Below are positions 28,190 to 40,097 of a DNA stretch of 64,000 bases, piece after piece (the first letter of the stretch is position 1; each line of letters starts with the position of its first letter). Made by a program: the position numbers and the translations under genes. The notes beneath the pieces were generated by a model. That model ran no database searches and was not told the DNA's origin. It was given only the letters and a program-made list of their open reading frames with translations. Source of the stretch: the human T2T-CHM13v2.0 reference genome, Homo sapiens; assembly GCF_009914755.1 (NCBI RefSeq), contig NC_060935.1. One strand, 5' to 3'.

Positions 28190-31100
28190 TAAAAAATTTT
28201 TGTAGGTACATTTTAGGTGTATATATTTATGGGGTACATGGATGTTTTGATACAGGCATGCAATGTGAAATAAACACATCATGGAGAATGGGGTATCCAT
28301 GCCCTCAAGCATTTATCCTTTGAGTTATAAATAATCCAACTACATTCTTTAAGTTACTTTAAAATATACAATTATTATTGACCGCAGTCACCCTACTGTG
28401 CTATCAAATAGTAGGTCTTATTTATTCTTTCTATTATTTTTGTACCCATTAACCATCCCCACCTCCACTACAATGCACCACTACCCTTCCTAGCCTATGG
28501 TAACTATTCTTCTACTCTCTATCTCCATGAGTTCAATTTATTTGATTTTTAGATCCCACAAATAAGTTAGAACAGGCAATGCTTGTCTTTCTGTGCCTGG
28601 CTTATTTCATTTAGCACAATTATCTCCAGTTCTATCCATCCTGTTGCAAATGACTTATAGAATTCTGAATTCCTTCTCTGTGTCATCTTGAATTTCTTTG
28701 AGTTTCCCCAACACAGCTATTTTGAATTCTCTGGCTGAAAGGTCACATATCTCTGTTTCTCCAGTACTGGTCCCTGGTACCTTATTTAGTTCATTTGGTA
28801 AGGTCATGTTTTCCTGGATGGCGTTGATGGTAGTACATGTTCTTGGGTTTCTGGGCATTGAAGAGTTAGGTATATATTATAGTCTTCACAGGCTGGGTTA
28901 TTTGTAGCTGTCCTTCTTGGGAAGGCTTTTCATATATTTGAAAGGGCTTGGGTGTTGTGACTTAAGCTGTATCTGCTTTAGAGGGTACCCCAAGCCTTGT
29001 AACACTGTGTTTCTTTCAGTGTCATAGAGGTACTGCCTTGATGGTCCTGGACAAGATCTGAAAAAATTCTCTAGATTTTAAGGCAGAGACTCTTGTTCCC
29101 TTTTCTTACTTTGTGCAAATTATACAGTCTCTCTCTCTGTTCTCAGCCACCTAAATCTTGAGGTAGAGTAACACAAGCACCCCTGTGGCCACTGCCAGTA
29201 GGACTGCACTAGATCAGACCCGAAGCCAGCATAGCACTGGCTGTCATGCAGGGCCTGCTGTAACCACTCCCTGACTACTACCTATGTTCATTTAAGGCCC
29301 TGGGGCTGTATAATCAGCAAGTGGCAAAGCCAACTAGTCCTGTATCCTTCTCCTGAGGGTGGTGAAGTCCCCCAGGCTGTGAGTGGGTCCAGAAGTGCTC
29401 TCCAGGAATCAGGCTGCAATCAAATAACTTAAAAGTCTACTTGGTATTCTATTGTATTGTGGCTGATCTGGCACTCAAACCAAAGGATGCAATTCTTCCT
29501 GTTCTGTCCTCCCCTTTTCAAAGGCAGAGAAGCCTAGCCTTGTAGCCACTGCCACCCCTGACTATGAGGCCAGCCTACTGCCAGTGTTCCCTTAAGGCCC
29601 AAGATCTCTTAAGTCAGCTTGTCATGAATGCTGCCTGGCCTGCAACTCCCCCACTGGGGCAGTGGGCTCCTCTCTGGCCCAGGACAGGTCGAGAAATAAC
29701 ATTTAAGAATCTAGTCCTAGAATTGGGGACCCCAAGAGCTGGCTTAGTGCTCTGCCAACCTGTGGTGGTGCCAGTACCAAAGGTGCAAGACAAAGTTCCT
29801 TTACTTTTCCCTCTGCTTTTCTCAAATAAAAGGAATTTTCCCCCATAGCCATCACAGTTGGTAATGTGCTGGGTCTCACCAGAAGCCAGCAAGTCCCAGA
29901 GGCTCATCAAAGCCCTTGATGTAGTACCTGGGTATCACTGCTAGTTATTCAGGGCCCAAGGGCTCTTCATTTAGCAGGTGATAAATGCTGGTGGGACTGG
30001 GTCCTATCTTTCAAGGCAGTGGGTTCCCTTCTGGCCCACGGTGTATCTAGAAATGTCATCTGGGATCTAGGGCCTGGTCAGGGGCCTCTTGACTCTGACT
30101 GGTGCCCTATCCTGTTGTAGCTGAGCTGGTATCCAAGATGCAGGACAAAGTCCTCCTGCTTCTTCCTTCTCCTCAAGCAGAAGGAAGGGACCTTTTTTGA
30201 AATGGTGAGCTGTGCAGCCTTGGGTTAGGGAAGGTTGATGCCAGCATTCCCTTGGCTGCCCCAGGTCGTGCCTCAGTATGTCACCTGTCCCTCCAGTCCA
30301 CTGTCTCCAGGCCTAGTTCAGCTCTGGGACCCACCTATGAGTTGCATTCCTTATGGTCTAGACTGCCTTTCAAGTTTACTTAGAGATCAAAAGCACTCTG
30401 GCCCTGGGTGGCAAGGTTTTTGGGCACCCAATTTTGGACTGCTGGTATAGGAGATTCCCCTTTAGCTAAGGCTGGTTCAAATGCTTCCTCTGTGGGCAGG
30501 CCTCAGCTGAGTTTGGTTCAATTTTTCTTTCTGCTCTAACAGGACAGCATTGAGTTCAATTCCTCACAATTACAGTGTTCTCCCTCCCCAGTGCCCAGAG
30601 ATGCTCCCTGCACAAGGCTGGCATTGCCTGGGGTGGAGGATGGGTGGCATCCCTCTCTTTTATCTTTCTTCAGTGCGTCTTTCAGCTATGTAAAGTTAAA
30701 ATCTGGTACTGTGAATGCTTGAAACCGCCATTACAAAATTGTAACAGACAGTGAAAGAGATTTGATCTAACCAACTCCACGTTGCTTCTAGTCTCCAAAT
30801 TGTCCTTGTTAATTTCTGGATGTAGGCTGAACTAACTTTGGGAGGAACGTAATTTATAGTTTACAGTTTAAAACAAAGATGATAACAACCATTTACAGAA
30901 ACAAACCTACTTCTTGCCTGGGAACTAGAAGGACTAAGAAATAAGTCCTTTGTAGGACTAAGAAATTGGCCACAAGATTAGAAATTATTGTTTAGGAGTC
31001 ATGCAGCTGGAGGCTACAAGATTCTGACCCTCCCTAAACTGCTCCTAAGAACAGTGCTTGAGATATTTTGCAGACCCTGCACTTGATGGATCAGCTGTCA

Positions 31101-31555
31101 CCACCCTGATTAATAAACTGGCTCATCTGGTCTTGTGGCCCCCATTCAGGGAACTGATTCAGCAAAAGAAGATAGCCTTGATGCCCTATGATTTCATCTC
31201 CGACCCGACCCATCAGCACTCCTGGCTCACTGGCTTCTTCCCACCCACTAAGTTGTCCTTAAAAACTGTGCTCCCAGAATGCTCAGAGGGACTGATTTGA
31301 GTAATAATAAAACTCTAGTCTCCCACATAGCTGGCTGTGTATGAGTTACTCTCTCTATTTCAATTCCCCTGTCTTGATAAATTGGCTCTGTCTAGGCAAC
31401 ATGCAAGGTGATCCCATTGGGCGGTTACATGCTGTCCTGATTTTTGGTCTTATGAAAGTTTTTTTTTCTATGTAGATAGCTTTTCACTTGGTGTCCCTGC
31501 AGGAGGGATAACGGGTGGAACTTTCTATGCTGCATCTTGATCTACCTCTCCCCTA
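28190..31555 (-). mobile_element. L1MA-type element: 3' end joined directly to ORF1 start and long 5'UTR (large internal deletion); carries a solo LTR8
   Basis: 28190-28654 L1MA 3'UTR; 28655-28858 ORF1 N-terminal 'EICDLSAREFKIAVLGKLKEIQ'; GC-richer 5'UTR beyond. Confidence 0.7.
30720..31429 (+). mobile_element. Solo LTR8 (ERV1)
   Basis: TGAAACCGCC..GGGCGGTTACA, 710 bp; 4-bp TSD tgct (30716-30719, 31430-31433). Confidence 0.92.
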
Positions 31556-31669
31556 GAATACTTATTTTGACATATGGAGAATATATATCTTTTAAAGCAT
31601 ATATGGTGCAGTTTCCTAAAGTGAACCACATTACATCAAATAGAAATTTTTAAACAAATATATATTTTA

Positions 31670-34600
31670 AAATGTTTTATTTTTAATTTTTGTGGCTACA
31701 TAGTAGATGGATATATTTATGGGGTGTATGAGATGTTCTGATATAGGTATGCAATGTGTAATTATCTTGTCATGGAGAATGGGGTATCCATCTTCTCAGT
31801 CATTTATCCTTTGTGTTACAAACAATCCAGTTATACTCCTTTAGTTATTTTAAAATGTACAATTAAATTATTTTGACTACAGCACCCTGTTGTGTTATCA
31901 AATACTGGATATTAATAATCACATTATGCAGCATGGGGTATCTGTCCCTCAAGCATTTATTCTTTGTGATTACAAACAATCCAATTATACTTTTTTAGTT
32001 ATTTAAAAATGAATTAAGTTATTATTGACTATAGTCATCCTGTTGTGCTATCAAATAGTAGATCTTATTCATTCTTTCCAACTTCCTTTTTTCCCCCCAT
32101 TAACTATTCCCACTTCCCCTGAAGCACCCAATACCCTTCTCAGCCTCTGGTAATCATCCTTCTCTCTCTATGTCTGTGAGTTCAATTGTTTTTATTTTTA
32201 TCTCACACAAATAAGCAAGAACATGTGATGTTTGTCTTTCTGTGCCTGGCTTATTTCACTTAACATAATGATCTCCAGTTCCATCCATGTTGCTGCAAAT
32301 GACAGGATCTCATTCTTTATTTTATGGCTGAATAGTACTTCATTGTGTATATGTACCACATTTTCTTTATCAATTCATCTGCTGATGGACACTTAGGTTG
32401 CTTCCAAACCTTGGCCATTGTGAACAGTTCTGCAACAAATGTGGGAGTGCAGATACGTCTTTGATATACTTATTTCCTTTCTTTTGGGTATATGCCTTTG
32501 ATATGATTTGGCTGCACCCCCACCCAAATCTCATCTTGAATTATAGCTCCCATAGTTCCCACCTGTCATGGGAGGGAGCCTGTGGGAGGTAATTGAATCA
32601 TGGGGCCAGGTCTTTCCCGTGCTATTCTTGTGATACTGAATAAGTTTCATGAGATCTGAGGGTTTTATAAGGGGGAGTTTCCCTGCAGAAATTCTCTTTT
32701 CCCTGCTGCCATGTAAGTTGTGCCTTTCACCTTCTGCCGTGATTGTGAGGCTTCCCCAGCCAGGTGGAACTGTGAGTACATTAAACCTCTTTTCTTTATA
32801 ACTTACCCAGTCTCAGGTATGTCTTTATCAGCAGCATGAGAAATGGACTAATATAGTAAATTGGTACTGATAGAGTGAAGTGCTTCTGTAAAGATACCCA
32901 CAAATGTGGAAGCAACTTTGGAACTGGGCAATATTTGGAGGGCTCAGAAGAAGACAGGAAAATGTTGGAAAGTTTGGAACTTCCTAGAGACTTGTTGAAT
33001 GGCTTTGACTGAAATGCTGATAATGATATGGAAAATGAAATCCAGGCTGAGGTGGTCTCAGATGAAGATGAAGAACTTGTTGGTAACTGGAGTAAAGGTG
33101 ACTCTTGCTATATTTTAGTAAAGAGACTGGCAGCGTTTACTCCTGTCCTAGAGATTTGTGGAACTTTGAACTTGAGTAAGATGATTTAGGGTATCTGTCA
33201 GAAGAAATTTTTAAGCAGCAAAGCATTCAAGATGTGACGGGTGCTGTTAAAAGCAGTCAGTTTTAAAAGGGAAACACAGCAAAAAAGTTTGAAAAATTTG
33301 CAGCCTGGTGATGTGATAGAAAATAAAAACCCATTTTCTGAGGAGAAATTCAAGCCTGCTGCAGAAATTTGCATAAGTAATGAGGAACCAAAGGTTAATC
33401 CCTAAGACAATGGGGAAAATGTCTCCAGGGCATGTCAGAGACCTTTGTGACAGCCCTTCCTATCACGGGCCTGGAGGCCTAGGAGGTCCAGGTGCCCCTG
33501 CTGTGTGCAGCCTTAGTGACTTGGTGCCCTGTGTCTCAGCCACTCTAGCCATGGCTAAAAGGGGCCAAGGTACAGATCAGGCTGTGGCTTCAGAGGGTGC
33601 AAGCCCCAAGCCTTGACAGCTTCCATGTGGTGTTGAGCCTACAGGTGCAAAGAAGTCAAGAATTGAGGTTTGGGAACCTCCACCTAGATTTCAGAGGATG
33701 TATGGAAATGCCTGGATGCCCAGGTAGAAGTTTGCTGCAGGGGTGGGGTCCTCATGGAGAACCTCTGCTTGGGCGGTGTGAAAGGAAGATGTGGGGTTGA
33801 AGTCCATACACAGAGTCTCCATCGGAGACTGCTTAGTGGAGCTGTGAGAAGAGGGTCTTCGACCTCCAGACCCCAGAATTGTAAAGGCATTGACAGCTTG
33901 CACTGCACACCTGGAAAAGCTGCAGACACTCAATGCCAGGTCACAAAAGCAGCCAGGAGGGAGGCTGTACCCTGCAAAGCCACAGAAGCAGAGCTGCCCA
34001 AGAGCATGGAAACCCACCTTTTGCATCATTGTGACCCAAATGTGAGACATGCAGTCAAAGGAGATAACTTTGGAGCTTTAAGATTGGACTTCCCTGCTGG
34101 ATTTTGGAATTGTATGGGGCCTTTAGTAAAACTGCTATGGAGAACAGTTTGGAGGTTCCTCAAAAAAATTAAAAGTAAAGCTAACATTTGACCCAACAGT
34201 TCCACTGCACCATTGTATTAGTCCATTTTCAAGCTGCTGATAAAGACATACCTGAGACTGGATAATTTATAAAGAAAAAAGGTTTAATGGACTCACAGCT
34301 CCATGTGGCTGGTGAGGCCTCACAATCATGGTGGAAGGCGATTCCCATGTAGTCAGTGCCTTTTATCTAGGTACAGCCTCATCCTTTTGTTTTGGTCAAT
34401 TTCTCCCATTTGGAATGGATGTATTTATCCAATGCCTGTACCCCCATTGTATCTAGGAAGTAACCAATTTCTTTTGATTTTGCAAGGTCATAGGTGGAAA
34501 GGACTTGCCTTGTCTCAGATGAGACTTTGGACTGTAGACTTTTGAGTTAATGCTGAAATGAGTTAAAACTTTGGGGGACTGTTGGGAAGGCATGATTAGT

Positions 34601-35720
34601 TTTGAAATGTGAGGACATGAGATTTGGGAGGGGCCAGGGGCAGAATGATATGGTTTGACTGTGTCCGCCTACCCAATCTCATCTTGAATTGTAGCTCCCA
34701 CAATTCCCACACATCATGGGAGGGATCCAGTGGGAGGTAACTGAATCATGGGGGTGAGTGTTTCCCATGCTCTTCCTATGATAGTGAATAAATCTCACAT
34801 GATCTGATGGTTTTATAAAAGGGAGTTTCCCTGCAAAAATTATCTTTTTGCCTGCTGCTATGTAAGACGTGCCTTTCGCCCTCCACCAGGATTGTGAGGC
34901 TTCACCAGCTATGTGGAACTGTGAGTCCATTAAACCTCTTTCCTTTGTAAATTATCCAGTCTCAGGTATGTTTTTAACAGCAGCTTGAAAATGGACTAAT
35001 ACAATGATGCAGTGGAATTGCTGGGTCAAATGTTAGCTCTATTTTTAATTTTTTTGAGGAATCTCCAAACTCTTCTCCATAGTGATTGTACTAATTTACA
35101 TTCCCACCAACAGTGTATGAGGGTTCCCTTTTCTCCACATTCTCACCAGCATTTGTTCTTGCCTGTCTTTTGGATATCAGCCATTTTAACTGAGGTAAGA
35201 TGAGATCTCATTGTAGTTTTGATTTGCATTTCTCTGAGGATCAATGATGTTCAGCACTTTTTCCTATGACTGTTTGACATCTGTATGTCTTCTTTTGAGA
35301 AATACCTATTCACGTTGCCCATTGTTTGATGAGATTATTTGATTTTTCCTATAGAGTTGTTTGAGCTCCTTATATATTCTGGTGATTAGTCCTTTGTCAG
35401 AGGGGTAGTTTGCAAGTATTTTCTCCCATTCTGTGGGTTGCCTCTTTACTTTGTTGAATGTATCCTTTGCTGTGCAGAAGTTTTTTAACTTGCTGTGATC
35501 CCATTTGTCCACATTTGCTTTGTTTTCCTGTACTTGTGGGGTATTACTCAAGAAATCTTTGGCCAGTCTAATGTACTGGAAAATTTCTCCAATGTTTTCT
35601 TGTAGCAGTTTCATAGTTTGAGGTCTTAGATTCAAGTTTTTAATGCATTTTGATTTGATTTTTGTATATGGTGAGAGAGTTCTAGTTTTATTCTTCTGCA
35701 TATGGATATCCAGTTTTGGA
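31670..35720 (-). mobile_element. L1MA-type 3' fragment, interrupted by THE1
   Basis: L1MA 3'UTR 31670-32495; resumes at 35004 with ORF2 C-terminal '[21 protein letters not shown]'. Confidence 0.85.
32499..35003 (+). mobile_element. Full-length THE1 MaLR element (5' LTR 32499-32855, internal, 3' LTR 34646-35003)
   Basis: Two LTRs tgatatg.ttt...cccaaatctcatcttgaattg..ggactaata(c/t)a; THE1-int motifs; PPT gggaggggccaggggcagaa. Confidence 0.92.
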
Positions 35721-36127
35721 ACTATTTTTTATGTTCTTATAAAAGTATGCAGCTTGAAAATGAGGTTTTTCCACTTTTTTCATTTTTTACATTGTAATTA
35801 TTTAAGCAATTACTCTATTAAATAATTAAGGAAGAATCATTGTTTTAAATATTATTCCATCTTCATATCCAGAAACATGTGAGATGTATATAATTATACA
35901 AATGTTCTATTATGATTCCTTTTAAAGTGTTATGATTTTCTTCAAACTTCTTATGATTATTTGTAGATATTTTATATTTAACCATTTAGAATCACAGTTG
36001 TAAATGGAATGTATTTATCCATTATATCTTGTTATTTATTTATTTTCTAAATTTTAGTAGTATCTAGAAATGGTCTCGATTTTTCCTTTATCTTGCTGTT
36101 TAATCAGCAATCAGCACCTGGAATTCC

Positions 36128-36188
36128 TTAAAATTGTGTCACTTTGCTGCAGGTATCTTCCTGCCCTGCTTTTCTGGAGCATCTTCTC
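36128..36188 (-). pseudogene. SLC22A25: Orphaned ancestral terminal coding exon (exon 10) of SLC22A25: (E)RRCSRKAGQEDTCSKVTQF*
   Basis: Acceptor ..TATTTGCACCAG, 61 bp = 1 nt + 19 codons + TAA, matching the phase-2 end of exon 9; C-terminus resembles the ..QED..VTQF ends of SLC22A9/A24; ATTAAA/AATAAA at ~36099 and ~36035-36044. Confidence 0.8.
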
Positions 36189-37046
36189 CTGGTGCAAATA
36201 TAATGAAACCAACAAACAAAAAAGCTCAAAAATGAAAGACATGGACTAAACATATAAGTCCTGCATTCTTTAGGACATACTGATTCTTTGCCCACTAGCT
36301 TTAATAAAAAACATGCCTCTGCCCGCAAGTGTTTGTGTAAACCTTGTGAAGTAAAAAACCAAGCTCCCAGCCTAGGATCTGGGAAGGCAGCTTGAATAGC
36401 TTCAACTCTCACACTTGGACACCATGGCATTGACCAAAGGGATTTTGGAAAAGGCAAGAGAAGCACAGAAAAGTTTTAGAACCTTTTCTCATTCTTCATT
36501 ACTTAAAAAATTCCTTTACTTATCACTTCTTTTCCCCTTTTCCAACGCTTTTTTTCCCCCGTGAAAATTAGATAGACTGAATCTCACATGTGATACAAAA
36601 GGACTTCTCATCTGTGGGAGGGGCTCTTATTTTCTATACAGTCTCTCACAAATTCTTCAGTGTCCTGGGAGTCAGGCCTGTAAGCACTGGCAATCCCAGA
36701 CAGCTAACAGGTACACTCACTGGGCTGAGGGCTCCCCAGGGATGAGAAGATGGTGTTTGGATCCCTGCATGTTTGTAGAATACCTTCAAGAGTATGCATG
36801 TCATACCAGGGCAGGAAGGGCAGAGGTCACCTAATTTTGGTCTTTTCACCACAAATTAACCTCCTGGACAGGCTGGGCAGAGATGGTCTGTGTGATCTAG
36901 TGAGGCTCAGGGGATGTATGAGGTCACTGTGGAAGGGATGAGGATACACCAAAGGCAAAGGCACTGACTACATGGGAATAGCCCAGATCTAAGCCTTTTT
37001 GGGGGATGGTAGCCCTAAATGGTGTTTTGCTTTCCTCAGCACAGAC

Positions 37047-37296
37047 CTATAGCACAGAGCTCCTCTGAGGGGCAGCTAGGCTATTTACTCCCTCATTTTC
37101 CACATCCTGGATGCTGTCAAGAAGAGGCTGGTTCCTGGTTTCAGGAAGGAGGAGGACAACAAGGCCAGAGAGGATGGCAAAGACTCCATAGATGATCCAG
37201 GGCAGGGGTCGAGAATATATGCTTAGGATCATCATGAGGGAAGCCAGGGCTCCCCCAATATTAGCAAAGTTTCCAGTGATTCCAGTAGCTCTTCCC
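37047..37296 (-). CDS. SLC22A25: SLC22A25 last coding exon (exon 9 plus intron read-through): GRATGITGNFANIGG..LPETRNQPLLDSIQDVENEGVNSLAAPQRSSVL*
   Basis: Acceptor ..TTTTACTCCAAG, TM11-12 and LPET motif, TAG at 37049-37047; C-terminus recognised as SLC22A25/UST6. Confidence 0.92.
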
Positions 37297-37748
37297 CTTG
37301 GAGTAAAAACAGCAACAGAGGAAAAGTTGTTAAAAATCATACATATAATTTGTGATTTATCATTTTGCTGTGATTATGGATGAGCACTTAAACACATGGA
37401 GGTGATAACATACTCTTGCTTTTGAAATTTTCTCTTATTTGCTAGCAATTTATTTTAGATTCACAAGTGAATTAGACACATTTTTATCATTTACAAAATG
37501 CTATTTTCCTTAACATCAACCTTTCAGGTGGTTCAGAAGGTACATGGGATACTGCATTAAAAGACTTAATGCAGCGTCTGGAACAAAGTCAGCTTGATAT
37601 AAACTTGGGCTGTAATTTGTTGTTTTTATGACTATTACATTTGATTGTTTTTTAACTAACTTGTCTTGGATTTTTTTCCCTTGTTAAGTGTCAATTGGTT
37701 GAGACAGGTCCATTTTGAGAATGACAGAGCACACATAAACTTTTGTAC

Positions 37749-37857
37749 CTGATTATGGAAGGAATTAGTTCATTTTCTTGGGCAGTAGAACAGGTAATGC
37801 CAAGAGAAGCAGCTCCCACACCCAGGGTTGCCAAAACCACACGCAGGGTCTGCATTT
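37749..37857 (-). CDS. SLC22A25: SLC22A25 coding exon 8 (EMQTLRVVLATLGVGAASLGITCSTAQENELIPSIIR)
   Basis: 109 bp, acceptor ..TTCTCCAG, donor GTACAA; ELxPTxxR-like motif. Confidence 0.93.
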
Positions 37858-39266
37858 CTGGAGAAAGGAAGACCACAGGGCCTCAGGAAATCTGAGCTGA
37901 AGGAATCAGCATCTCCCAAGGTAGAAGTGAAAAGGACTGCTTTGGAGGTGTTTCCAGGGGTAAAATGTACTGTAGGAAAACTGCATAGAGGCAAAGAATG
38001 TGCAGTGGCTAATAGCTGAGAAATGTGATTGGCCTACATATTGTGACTTAAATAGTGAATAAAAGGATCTGAGTTGATGCTTCAATTCTCACTATATATC
38101 AGGGGTATGCCATAGCAGAAAAGGGAACATTAGAGCTAAAGAGTTTTTTTTTTGTCTCACTTATTCTATCTGGGAACACCTCTGCCCTCCTTGCAGAAAA
38201 CAGGAGTGTCATGTGGGCAATACTAGGGAGTGTAAGACTCATCCATGTCCTCATAGATTTTAAAACCCAGATATATACACAATATTGACATGGGGCTATG
38301 TTTGCAAAAGGCAGTCATAAAAGGACAGGGTTCCTATGTTAAAGGACAGATTGGACAGTATTAATGTTTCAAGGATGAAGAATAAGGACATTTATTGGAG
38401 AAAAATATCAGACTTTGGAAACAAATGAAGTGAAGTTTCAGAGGCAGGATTCTATCCAATTAAAACAAAAAGATCATAATTGCCTCATGTCATTGGAGTG
38501 GGTTCTGTTGCATTGCACCAGACTGGTATCACTGCTGACATTCAAGAGGAGAACTGGAGCACACCAACCTGGTATTCTCTTAAGTACATTACTAGACCGG
38601 GAGTGAGGTGAAGCCTGATGACAACTTGGGTTCCCTTATTTATTGCTTGTGATCATTTAATTTATGAATTCTAAGATTCTAAGAGAAGGTCTTAATTGAC
38701 AATTGTCTCCTTCCTACTGGACATTTCTGTACATAAAGATACGGGACTTTTGTTTCTTTGAAGTCAAGATGACTCCCCTAAACCAGGATTGCAGTTATGG
38801 TGACCTAATACAAGGCACACAGTGGATATGTAGTGATTAGGGAGTACTTTGTCACAGAAGCTGTAGTGGTAAGAAAGAGCCCAGACAGAGGAAATAGCAG
38901 TATTGTGTTCTCATATTGGGATACAAAGGCCCAGCACCTCAATACTTACTAAGAGTTTGATTGGCCAAAGGGCAAGTGATCAATTGCTGTCCTAGAGAAA
39001 CTATCAGGAATAAATGGCACCAACTTCTTACTACTTCTCAAATGTGCTGAAGACAACCATATATCCGAGCCAATCTTACTCATCTTTGACTCATTTCCCA
39101 GCAACTTCCGTGTGGCAAAATCTGTCCTAAAGCCCCAGATTTCTATCAGGGAATCCTGAGAACTCAATTCTCCCTTTCCTTCTGGCTTCAGATAGGTGTG
39201 ACCAGGGCAATCCCTGAGAAAAGAGGGAAAGACATTTTCTTTCTTCCACCTGTGAACTTTTCTCAC

Positions 39267-39481
39267 CTTGAGGCACAAATATGATGGCCAGAAGGCAGGT
39301 TGCCAGTAGGAACATGAGAAGCATCTGGCTTAGTCGACGGCTCATGTGATTCAGTGCCCAAGGTGCAACACAATTGGCCAGGAGGGTGACTGCACCAAAG
39401 AGAGTCTGCAACAGGAAAACATTGTTTCCCAGATGCTGGAGGTGCAAAGTAAGGCCCCAAAAAGGGATGGTACTTGCAAAT
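39267..39481 (-). CDS. SLC22A25: SLC22A25 coding exon 7 (FASTIPFWGLTLHLQHLGNNVFLLQ..AIIFVPQ)
   Basis: 215 bp, acceptor ..TTCCCTGCAG, donor GTGAGA; TM7-9. Confidence 0.93.
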
Positions 39482-40097
39482 CTGCAGGGAACACAGAAAA
39501 AGGCACATATTATAATCTGTGGAAGCTAAATCCTACAAATGAGAATAATATTGGCCCAGGTAGCCAAGGACTCTTTAAAGTAAAAAGGCAGAGTGTGTTT
39601 TGTGGAATATTTTCTTGCAAGTTGATATTTTAAAGTTATCATAAAATAATGGTTAGATGATAGTGGTAACAATTGTATCTTGAGGGACAACAGATGTTGT
39701 ATGGAGGATGTGCTATGGGGTTTATTTATTTATTTTAAAAGCAATGGATTTTATTAGTATTCTAAAACCAATGTAGCCACATGGCATCAAAAATCACTGC
39801 AAAAAAATTCACAGTAATGAAAATATACAATTAAAAATAAAAATGTACTGATATCAGTCAAACTCACAGTAAAGATCTAAGAAGCCAAAATTTCCATTTG
39901 CCACCCTTACAATCAGGAATGTTTACTAAAATGTACAACTTATTGGGTACAGATTGTATATTCATGGCATTCATTCTGTAGATGGTCTTGTGTAGCAAAT
40001 CTAGATTAGAATAAGAAAACCTATTTTTATATTATGTATATTTAATGGTGTCTAACTTCATTATGGTTTTATTTTTTGGAATAAGAGGTAGTCGATA

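Noticed and set aside
33380-34191. ORFs in the THE1 internal region
   Set aside because: Fragmented remnants of the MaLR internal ORF, one running into the templated insertion
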